NCBI GenBank assembly: GCA_950097015.1
Contig: CATNEN010000007.1
Coordinates: forward strand, 6,882,001 to 6,946,000
DNA length: 64,000 nucleotides
Reading direction: 5' to 3'
DNA from: Macrostomum hystrix
Taxonomy: Eukaryota; Animalia; Platyhelminthes
Notes under the pieces: model-generated
The model's database searches: none
What the model saw: the letters and a program-made list of their open reading frames with translations, nothing else
What the model was told of the DNA's origin: nothing
Position numbers and translations under genes: made by a program
In this document: piece after piece, positions 37,716 to 49,100 of the stretch
How positions within the stretch are numbered: the first letter of the stretch is position 1
Layout of the letters: each line of letters opens with the position of its first letter

Positions 37716-39160
37716 ATGTTTAACCTCTGCGACAATAAAGTGCAGCTGCTGCTGTACTGCAGCACCTTTTCCATTGTTTTTATTGGCATTTTCTATATAT
37801 ACATCGGCAGCTTCATTTTCTCCGAGTTTACGCCACTTCTTCCAGGTATATTTAAGGTGAGTGACAGCTAAACTCTTGGAAAAATAGTGCTGAGTGTTCA
37901 GATAAGTCACAGTCGCGTACTTTAAATGTGGTGTGAATAGTGTAAAAAAAGCATTGGTTCTCAGGTAGGGAGCATTGCTCTCAGGTAGGGAGCATTGTTC
38001 TCAGGTAGGGAGCATTGGTTCTCAGGTAGGGAGCATTGGTTCTCAGGTAGGGAGCATTGGTTCTCAGGTAGGGAGCATTGGTTCTCAGGTAGGGAGCATT
38101 GGTTCTCAGGTAGGGAGCATTGGTTCTCAGGTAGGGAGCATTGGTTCTCAGGTAGGGAGCATTGGTTCTCAGGTAGGGAGCATTGGTTCTCAGGTAGGGA
38201 GCATTGGTTCTCAGGTAGGGAGCATTGGTTCTCAGGTAGGGAGCATTGCTCTCAGGTAGGGAGCATTGGTTCTCAGGTAGGGAGCATTGATTCTCAGGTA
38301 GGGAGCATTGGTTCTCAGGTAGGGAGCATTGGTTCTCAGGTAGGGAGCATTATTTTCAGGTAGGGAGCATTATTTTCAGGTAGGGAGCATTATTCTCAGG
38401 TAGGGAGCATTGGTTAGGTGGCATAGTTTTTCTGCTAAGGGCGGGGGGCAAAATCTGCTCATCTTTTAAGAAAGAACTTATTCGTTAAAGGATTTAAAGG
38501 GCTAAATTACTACTATTTAGTCTACTTTAGGAGTTACTTAAATAGACTAAAAATAAGTTCCGAAACAGATTAGATGCGCGGTCGAAAGTGAATCCAACCT
38601 GACAACAGGGTCTGATTGACTAATTAATACGCATTTCTTTAATTTGGTGATTGCTAAGCTGAGCGAAAAAGGTTTCTAAGTTGAGTGAATGCTACCAACT
38701 CCGACTCTAGAATCCTCTGTGGGGCCTGATCTACCTGCACTTCATAGTCATCGGGATATACACGCTGGTGTCCGGGTACATCGGCCTGAACGGTGTTGAC
38801 AAGTACGACATGGGCAGCATCTGGCTGCACCGGATCCTGGTTCTTGTGCTCATCGGCCTGCACGGCCTGGCCATCTATGCGTTCATGAAGGACGCCAGCT
38901 ACAACAGGGACCGCACGCGCGCCTACATGGCCCGCAACCTGAGCAGCATCCTCACCGCTGACGGCGTCTCGGCCGCCAAGACCAACGAGAAGTTGTGGAG
39001 TTATTTCGAAATGACTCTGAATTGCAAGCGGAAGCTGAACAATTGCGATGTTTCAGAGGCCATGAGCTACCTGATGTTCCGCTATAATGCCTTTGCTGTC
39101 TTCCTGCTCATCTGTTGCGCGCTGCTCATAGCTGACCTACTGCTCACATTTTTCCTGTAG
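37716..39160 (+). CDS. Divergent tetraspanin-like 4-TM protein (196 aa, two exons)
   Basis: Exon 1 37716-37856 (ATG...AAG|GTGAGT) encodes TM1. Exon 2 38711-39160 (CTCTAG|AAT) encodes TM2 'FIVIGIYTLVSGYIGLNG', TM3, a large loop with 2 Cys, and TM4. Phase-0 join. Exon 1 is not in the ORF track. Confidence 0.72.
37951..38415. repeat. 21-bp minisatellite (GCATTGGTTCTCAGGTAGGGA)n in the tetraspanin intron
   Basis: ~22 tandem copies. Confidence 0.97.
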
Positions 39161-39837
39161 GTGGCGGATTCCTAGAATGCTTCTGTTGTGCTTCCATCGA
39201 GGGCTGTCATGAAAACTGATCCCCGTCTTTGCGTTGTTTCATTTGGTGATCATTTTGCCTAGAATAATGGATTATTGAGACTTTTCTTATTAAACTTTAT
39301 AATGCGTACGCTACGCTAACAAATATACTGCACACAATGGGAAGTGCTCTGCGAACTTGGTGAAATGCACTGCAATCCGTATGTACTGCGCATCACTATG
39401 AGAGACTTACTGCACAAATTCAATTGTCCCAATAGGCTATTTTAATTTTGCAGCATAGGGCTCGCATCTATAAAAAGAATAGTAGAACTAAACTTACTCC
39501 AAGCATGTTCATAGTATGCTTATTATGGCGTTTGCAAACCAGAAACAGCAATGTTCCAAATAATTTATTAGGATATGCAACATGCGTGCTACTTCAGTAG
39601 TATCAGCAGAGTGAAACAGTTTAACAAAAATTATCTATATACGAGTGCTTTTTAATAGCTAGACATCGCCACAAACAGCATGAAATACTTTTGCTATTTG
39701 CAACACGTGTGAGAAGGATTGTTTAGGGAAATTTCACGACATTGCTCGCGGCCACAATTTAAGTACTATTTAAGCGTTTCTATGCTCGAAGCTTTATGAA
39801 TACTTTCAAAAGCGGAACCAAATACTAACGACAACTC

Positions 39838-40038
39838 AAACCGGAAGGCTTCCAAACCGGAAGGTTTCCAAACCGGAAGGTTTCCAAACCGGAAGGTTTC
39901 CAAACCGGAAGGTTTCCAAACCGGAAGGTTTCCAAACCGGAAGGTTTCCAAACTGGAAGGTTTCCAAACCGGAAGGTTTCCAAACTGGAAGGTTTCCAAA
40001 CCGGAAGGTTTCCAAACTGGAAGGTTTCCAAACCGGAA
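39838..40038. repeat. 16-bp minisatellite (AAACCGGAAGGTTTCC)n
   Basis: ~12 copies between the convergent 3' ends of the tetraspanin-like and SGSM-like genes. Confidence 0.95.
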
Positions 40039-40117
40039 ACAGTCAAGGGCGACAGAAGCTAAATGTTACTGATTTCTAGGAAATTAATTGCTAGATGGAA
40101 TGAAACGAGCTCTGTGC

Positions 40118-43100
40118 TCAGTTGCGTCCTCTGCTCAGCCGAATAGCCGAAGCGACCAGCTCGCGGGCCCAGCGCAGGATTCGCTGTGTGTTGTGCCGAC
40201 CGGCCATCTCTGCAAAGTTTTTTCAATTTCATTGATTTGCTTCTTATTACCTATATAGAATCTCTAAAAGTACACCGTTTTTCAAGATTTCTCTGCAATG
40301 CTAACTGTGCTACTGAGAGTATTATAAGTCGTCTTTGATATGACAACTAAAGTTTTATTAGTTCAATATGCAATCGCATTTTGCGATAGTAATACACTTA
40401 CGAAGAAAAAGAACACTATGTTTGAGGGGCTGCTTTTGTCGATTTACAAAGTCATTTTATAGGGCCGTTCAATTAGGAAAGTACAGTGCTCTTGAATCTT
40501 ATCAATAGATCGCTTTGAATTCAGCGAAAAATTAAAACGTATAGCTTGAATACGGCTAAGCTATAGACAAAGCAAGCTTCATAGACAAAGACTTTTCATC
40601 AAACTGGACATCTGCTATCTCCGCTATGCACTTTGTTAAATTGTGCTCATGAATAAATCCTACAAATGAACAAAAATTTACAGATCGTACCATCATAGAA
40701 CTGCATGATCTGATCAAAGTTCATGTCCCTGTCAAGAATGATGCGCCTGTACTCCTGCAGCATCGCCATAGCAACGAAAGCGCTGAAGCTCGCGCCGCAG
40801 TTGAGTAGCTCAGAGGCGGCCCAGGTGGTCTCCCAAATTAGCGCGACATCCTCGTGAGAGAACTCTGGCGATAGATTATTGACGTTCGATAGTGGTCGAT
40901 GGCTATTTTAAACACATTTTGGAAACCCTCCTTTATCACCCTCAACCCAGGCATGTGACTAACCGTAGCCAATCAAACCGCGACTTCTATTAGTACAACT
41001 TCTATGAGTACTTCTATGATTCAGACTTCCTGCTTCTATGAGTACAACATGATCTGTACTCATGTTGAAATCTGACCTCTAACGACCGAAACGCTTCTCT
41101 AACGATCCAAACGCTTCTCTAACGATCCAAACGCTTCTCTAACGACCCAAACGCTTCTCTAACGACCCAAACGCTTCTCTAACGACCCAAACGCTTCTCT
41201 AACGATCCAAACGCTTCTCTAACGACCCAAACGCTTCTCTAACGATCCAAACGCTTCTCTAACGACCCAAACGCTTCTCTAACGATCCAAACGCTTCTCT
41301 AACGACCCAAACGCTTCTCTAACGATCCAAACGCTTCTCTAAAAACCCAAACGCTTCTCTAAAGACTCAAACATTTCGTTATTATGTTCCAATGCATAGC
41401 ACAAAAATGTAGCCAAAGCGACGCACCAAACTTAAAGTCGTACAGAAACCAGCGCAGGAAGCGGCCGAACGGCTTCGTGACTCCGCTACCGTCGCTACTG
41501 CTATGTCGCACCAGGTGGCCATTCAGCTGCGGGTCCAGAACCTGCAGCAGCAGCCGCAGCGCGGTCACTCGAGGATCAGTCGAGACCGTGCTGGCATCGT
41601 CACCTGCGACGCCGTCGGGCGCTGACTGCGGCGGTCGGAGCCGAGATACGAGGTGGGAGAAGCAGGCCAGGGCCAGCCAGTCCTCCTGGACGGCGGACAG
41701 TAGCGGTGTCAGCAGGTCGCAGAAGCCGTCAGAGTAGCCGATCTGAAGTTTTTAGAAGGGAAACCTTGTATTATGTCTTGCGATTGTTTGACGCTCAACA
41801 GTTTGAAAGCCCAGCTGACCTCAAAGTGCTCCCAGACGTAGCAGCAGAGCACTATTCTCAGCCGGTCTAGAAACTGCTCAGCTGATAGGCCTCCAGATGG
41901 TGGGGGCAGCTGGCAGCGGGTCAAGTCGGTCTCCAGACAGCGCCAGCTGCTGGCTATGAGCTCCAGCAGCTCACCCTTCAGAGTTCAGGATTCGATTGAT
42001 CGATTATCACAGGTCTCAGAGAAAACACGAACCTCACAGACCTCACCGAGTACTCCCAAACCTAATCTAGACCTCACCGAGTACTCCCAAACCTAATCTA
42101 GACCTCACCGAGTACTCCCAAACCTAATCTAGACCTCACCGAGTACTCCCAAACCTAATCTAGACCTCACCGAGTACTCCCAAACCTAATCTAGACCTCA
42201 CCGAGTACTCCCAAACCTAATCTAGACCTCACCGAGTACACCCCGCCATTGGAGGCCGGGCTCGCAGGTGACAGAAGACTCTCCTGCGATGTTGAGAGTC
42301 TGCTAGAAGATTCTGCAATTTTTTGGCTGCGTGAGTTTTGAATAATTGATCAGTTAAGCACACAGCTGGTAAAAGTTTTTTATACCTGAATTAGATGCTT
42401 GCAGTGCTGATGTGTCCGTACCATCCGTGATGGAATCTAAAATATTTCGATGGGTAGTTTAAATTTGATGAAGCAAGCTAAAATGCAATTAATCAACACG
42501 TTAAAAATAAGAGAACTGAAAGGCAAAGACAAAAAATAAGCACTGCAATGTGTTTATCAAAAAATGTTCTCACTTGAAAATACAAATGGCTCTAGACCCA
42601 GAAAAAAATATTGTCCCCAATGTAGACGCAAAGCCTCTTACCCCAATGTACACGCTAAAACCTCTTACCCCAATGTACACGCTAAAACCTCTTACCCCAA
42701 TGTACACGCTAAAACCTCTTACCCAATGTACACGCTAAAACCTCTTACCCCAATCTACACGCTAAAACCTCTTACCCCAATGTACACGCTAAAACCTATT
42801 ACCCCAATCTACACGCTAAAACCTCTTACCCCAATGTACACGCTAAAACCTCTTACCCCAATGTACACGCTAAAACCTCTTACCCCAATGTACACGCTAA
42901 AACCTATTACCCCAATCTACACGCTAAAACCTCTTACCCCAATGTACACGCTAAAACCTCTTACCCCAATGTACACGCTAAAACCTATTACCCCAATCTA
43001 CACGCTAAAACCTCTTACCCCAATGTACACGCTAAAACCTCTTACCCCAATGTACACGCTAAAACCTCTTACCCAATGTACACGCTAAAACCTCTTACCC

Positions 43101-46100
43101 CAATGTACACGATAAAACCTATTACCCCAATCTACACGCTAAAACCTCTTACCCCAATGTACAAGACAACGCCGACACACCAAATCATCAAATCTCAGAC
43201 ACGCCAAAATGTCTCATGTACACATGCCATCAAAGCACCCCTAAATTTCTCACTTCAAGGTCCCTATTAGGTCGAATGCCCTCACCATCAGCCGCTGCAG
43301 CAGTCTCCCGCTTTCGTTGGCTACCCCCGCCGCCACTATCGCCACAGTTATGATTCGACAACTGTCGCCCTGCCGACGTCGCTGCCTCTTTGGCGCACTC
43401 CCGAACGATGATGTCCAACGGACTCCATTCGGACAGGCAGTTCTCCAACCGGGCCTGCAGATCTGTCTCAACATCGCGCCGCTCCGTCTCCGTGGCCTCC
43501 CAGGCTTGCACGCCTAGCAGCAGGGGCCAGGCCTAGCGGGCGGGCGTGGATTTGTTTGCGCACTGAGCTGTTTTTACTCTTTACTATTAAAAGTAGTAAT
43601 ATTTGAGAATAGGCACTCGTTTAAGCACTGTGTTTTAAGTTCCAGAGTTCGATAATAATAAACTCACGGCTAAACAATACTGGCGCTAAAAATACAAATA
43701 TAGGTCAATAATTTCAGCGGCAATTTCCAAATAAGTGATAGGAAAATGGCCTCTCGGGCTCCTGAAGAGTCAGCAATGGCTGAAGTGTTTGCTTTCCATC
43801 AGCACCCAGGGGGCTTTGGTTGGAGTACTTTCGATTCCAGACACTCGACGAGCTGCGTCACTGAGTTCCGATTTTGCCCGGTCAGTGCAACCTTGGATAC
43901 TCAAACTGATTTCTGCTGCGCAAAGTCTCAAAGAGTCTAGAACTTGGCACAGAAATGAGACTAGCAAATAGCTTTCAGCTGTGTTACAATAGATCCTAAT
44001 GAGGAGCCGCAGTCGATACATTTTCTATTATTTTTTCTCTAAGAAACCATTATCGTGTTCCGGAATTTTCTACCCTCCTCCACCTTTCTAAATGTGGAAT
44101 GTGAGGTATATCTGAATTAATGTGTCATGCTGACTTGTGGAGACAAGACAATGAACCAGACTTCAACTGGCTCTAGTTAGGCATGGCTGTTATTTCCCTT
44201 CTCTGTGGTTGCTTACTCTCGCGCTCCCTCCTTTTGCACTTTCTCCTTTCTCCCTCTATCTTTTCAACTTCCTAACCTTAACTTCTCTTTCCTCTCCCAC
44301 GTCTCTGATTGGCTAGCTTGTTCTCTCTCTTCGTCTCTCTTTCCTTACCCCTCCTTTTAAGCTCGTAACCTCTAGCCCGTCCTTCTGCCCTTCTGCCCCA
44401 TTCGAATGTACACTCGAATCCAAGCACCAAGAAGCCCCACTCCCCAATGTACACTCGAATCCAAGCACCTAGAAGCCTCACTTCCTAATGTACACTCGAA
44501 TCCAAGAACCTAGAAGCCTCACTCCCTAATGTACACTCGAATCCAAGCACCTAGAAGCCCCACTCCATAATTTACACTCGAATCCAAGCACCTAGAAGCC
44601 TCACTCCCTAATGTACACTCGAATCCAAGCACCTAGAAGCCCCACTCCATAATTTACACTCGAATCCAAGCACCTAGAAGCCTCACTCCCTAATGTACAC
44701 TCGAATCCAAGCACCTACTAGAGGTGCCACCTAGAAGCCCCACTCCATAATTTACACTCGAATCCAAGCACCTAGAAGCCCCACTCCATAATTTACACTC
44801 GAATCCAAGCACCTAGAAGCCTCACTCCCTAATGTACACTCGAATCCAAGCACCTAGAAGCCTCACTCCCTAATGTACACTCGAATCCAAGCACCTAGAA
44901 GCCTCACTCCCTAATGTACACTCGAATCCAAGCACCTAGAAGCCTCACTCCCTAATGTACACTCGAATCCAAGCACCTAGAAGCCTCACTCCCTAATGTA
45001 CACTCGAATCCAAGCACCTAGAAGCCTCACTCCCTAATGTACACTCGAATCCAAGCACCTAGAAGCCTCACTCCCTAATGTACACTCGAATCCAAGCACC
45101 TACTAGAGGTGCCACCTAGAAGCCCCACTCCATAATTTACACTCGAATCCAAGCACCTAGAAGCCCCACTCCATAATTTACACTCGAATCCAAGCACCTA
45201 GAAGCCTCACTCCCTAATGTACACTCGAATCCAAGAACCTAGAAGCCTCACTCCCTAATGTACACTCGAATCCAAGCACCTAGAAGCCCCACTCCATAAT
45301 TTACACTCGAATCCAAGCACCTAGAAGCCTCACTCCCTAATGTACACTCGAATCCAAGCACCTACTAGAGGTGCCACCTAGAAGCCCCACTCCATAATTT
45401 ACACTCGAATCCAAGCACCTAGAAGCCTCACTCCCTAATGTACACTCGAATCCAAGCACCTAGAAGCCTCACTCCCTAATGTACACTCGAATCCAAGCAC
45501 CTACTAGAGGTGCCACCTAGAAGCCCCACTCCATAATTTACACTCGAATCCAAGCACCTAGAAGCCCCACTCCATAATTTACACTCGAATCCAAGCACCT
45601 AGAAGCCTCACTCCCTAATGTACACTCGAATCCAAGAACCTAGAAGCCTCACTCCCTAATGTACACTCGAATCCAAGCACCTAGAAGCCCCACTCCATAA
45701 TTTACACTCGAATCCAAGCACCTAGAAGCCTCACTCCCTAATGTACACTCGAATCCAAGCACCTACTAGAGGTGCCACCTAGAAGCCCCACTCCATAATT
45801 TACACTAGAATCCAAAGGGACTTTAAAACATGTCTTTTGAACAAAGACCTCAGCTTACTTAATATTCTGTAATCTAATTGCAATGAATGACAAGAATTTA
45901 TTATTGATTATGCTGCTATTGTGATGGTCAAATCTGAGTTCTCTAGCCGAGAATTCCTCTTTGATGTCACAAGTCAGCCAGACACTAGGGTCGGGGTCAG
46001 ATCTCCCATAGCAACACAGTGCAATTATCTTGCCTTGTCTAGAACAAAAACAATTAGAATGCGCCGGCTCAAGCTGAAGATTGAGTTGACTTTGAGTCTA

Positions 46101-49100
46101 GTAGCTGAAACCCGATCCCAGCTACTTAATCTGCAGCAGCGAACTCAGGCCCGAGCTCACCTGCACTGCGGGACGGCGCCTGAATTCGCCACTCGTCATC
46201 CGCTCGAGTTGAGCTCACTCGACGGAGGCGGGCAATGAAAATTAATTAAGCAGGCTTCATTAATCACTTTTGAGAAGCAACTCGTGGAGCTGAATTGAGA
46301 GACTCAACCTGGCCCAGTGTGGATGGAGCCAATCGTCCACATCAAACCCCCTCCTGTGTGCCCTTTCAATTTATTTTATTCTCTGAGCTCTCGCCAGCCC
46401 AATTTTCAAAGAACAAGCTCTACATTTGTAAACCACCTTTAGGTTTAATGTAATTTTTCTTCTTCTTTAACAAAATTAGCTCAGGTGGAACGACTCAAAT
46501 CAAATCCCAGCTTACTGATGGTCTCCATGCCAACCCGAACAACCTGGCATCAAGCCAGATTTACACATTGAGTTCTAGGATCCAAAATATCTATCTGAAT
46601 GAAAGTTCTCTGTCATAAAATAATTGTGTTGGTAGAATTTCTGACTGATTTAGCAAACAGATGCAAGGATTGGTTCCGAACCACTCCCCAGCAATTCCCT
46701 TCCTCATTCCACTCTTCATACCATTTTCCCTACTTTTTCCTCCGTCTATTTTCATTCCAAAATGTAAATGTAAATGTATTTTTTCGACTTTATAAGCTTT
46801 AATTTTCTCGTTCTGACTCTCTCTCCCTCTCCCTCACTCTCTCACTCTTTCACTCCCTCATTCACCCTCACTCCCTCACTCCGTCACTCTCTTTTATTCT
46901 CTAATTTTCACACTCTCCCTCACTCTCACCCTCTCCCTCACTCTCACCCTCTCCCTCACTCTCACCCTCTCCCTCACTCTCACTCCCTCACTCTCACCCT
47001 CTCCCTCACTCTCACCCTCTCCCTCACTCTCACCCTCTCCCTCACTCTCACCCTCTCCCTCACTCTCACTCCCTCACTCTCACCCTCTCCCTCACTCTCA
47101 CCCTCTCCCTCACTCTCACTCCCTCACTCTCACCCTCTCCCTCACTCTCACTCCCCCTCTCCCTCACTCTCTCACACTCTATCTCACTCTCACCCTCTCC
47201 TTCACTCACTCACTTTCACACTCTCTCTCACCCTCACACTCTCTTACTCTTTGACTCTCACTCACCCTCACTCCTCTCACACTCTCACTCTCTCACTCTC
47301 ACACTCTTACATTATCACTCTCACACTCTCATACTCTCTCACTCTCACACTCTCACACTGTGCTCATCGTTGTTCTCCATAGTAATTCGCGTCAAGCCGG
47401 ATGGTCACCCTAATCAGCCAGGTGCCCACTCAGAAAGCCGGAATCAGTCCTAATTGGCTAATCTTTTAGGCAATCTTTTCTTGGGGCAGCTCTCAGGTAG
47501 TTAATTCGTTTCCGAGGCAATCCACTTCGCGATCCTTACTTCGAGTAAATCGAATAATGCAGTCTAGACATGCATTATTAGTAAGCTATTTCTGTTGGTC
47601 TAACTTTGATGTTACTGTTTCCAGAATGGAAGCAAATGGTGAGTTTTGAACGGCAATAACCACTAATAGGATTCATCGCCATTCCAGACCTTAAGCCGAA
47701 GGTGCCGCGGGCAGCCAGTCCAGTAAACCGCCCTGCAGGCTTCGAGGCGTCGCTCTTGACTGGCTGAAGGCGCCAGCATGCCGACGGTCAGAGGCTTCGA
47801 CTGCGTCGAGGTTCCGACGCTGCCGGCACCGACGAGAGCGCCGAGTCGGCGGCAAAGAGTTCGCGAGTGCCGCGCCTGCGCCAGCCAGGCCTGGAAGGCT
47901 CGCTCCAGGTGAGTGACGTCATTTTCTTCAAACCTCGCTGCCTCGCCCTCGTCGTCTTCGCCATCGTTGTCAGCGGCTAGGCGATAAGTGGCGTCTGCGT
48001 AGTCAGCGAGGGTGACCCCGTCATCAGCGGAGGCGGCGTCCCTTGAGGCCGGTGGCGGCGTTGGCGGGGGCGGAGGCTCCAGGCTGTAGCCGGTGGCCTC
48101 AAGACGGCGCAGGAATCGCTGCGGTTGGCATGACGAGGCGAAGGCAAGGTTGAGGGCGAGCCGAGGGGCGCGTCGGGTTAGAAGGGTGAGGCAGGCGCCG
48201 CGGCAACTGACGAAGGCGACGTCGCGCAATGGCGTGGAGAAGCCTTTGGCAAATGGTGACGAGGTGCGGACCTGAACGGGTGCGGAAGCTCGTTGTCCAT
48301 CGGCTGTTGGCGAGTTTGGCACCTGCGGTGGCGGCGGCCGCTGCGGAGGTCGACGCGATGGCTGAGGTCTGTTGAAACATATATTAAAATAGCTTTGCTT
48401 GCGTCAGCCCGTTGAGGTTTAAAACAGAGTGAAAAAGCGATGCCATCAGAGACACGGGGTTTGTCTTACGAAGCTGGCGACGACTCCGGAGTTCTTGGCA
48501 GAATGGGCGCCTTCTGAGGCGGCAGGGAGCCGTTGCCACAGGCGGCCGCTCTAGCGGGCACCCAGCGGATGATCACGACACCTGTGGAGGAAGCGAGCAA
48601 CAGAATGGGGGTGCGTTAAAGTGCATAAATAAAAATTGCTAAATTTTTCTTAGCGAGGACATGATGCGGAGATCAAGTGGGATATTGCACTCCTAGCTTT
48701 GCTACGCACTCATGTCTGGGGGCAAACATTTCCCGAATTGGGGACGCTGGTAGGTAAGTAGGAAGGCTGAGCGCATTTTGGATTCGACCTAAGAGGCTTA
48801 GCCAGGCTTCCTGCATCGCCTGTTTTCGCAATTATCTCCACTAGACCCAGCGCAAGCCGCGGGGCGGGGTCGATGCGGTTGCCGAGGTGGGGATGTGAAA
48901 AATCAATGCGCCGAGAAGTCGCTTGACACGGGCTCGTCTCTTTCAGAGAGTCGCGGCCCGCACTGTTTACCCTGGCGCTGAGCTCAAGTGGATGAAAGCG
49001 AGAATGAGACGGAGTCAGACTGAGGCAGCCTGACATTTATATCTTATAATCGAGAATTTTTTTATTATGGATTGACAGCTGATGAAAAAAAAACCAGATA

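Noticed and set aside
39838-40038. NF-kB-like GGAAGGTTTCC site array
   Set aside because: The match to the consensus is imperfect, it lies at gene 3' ends, and nothing else supports it.
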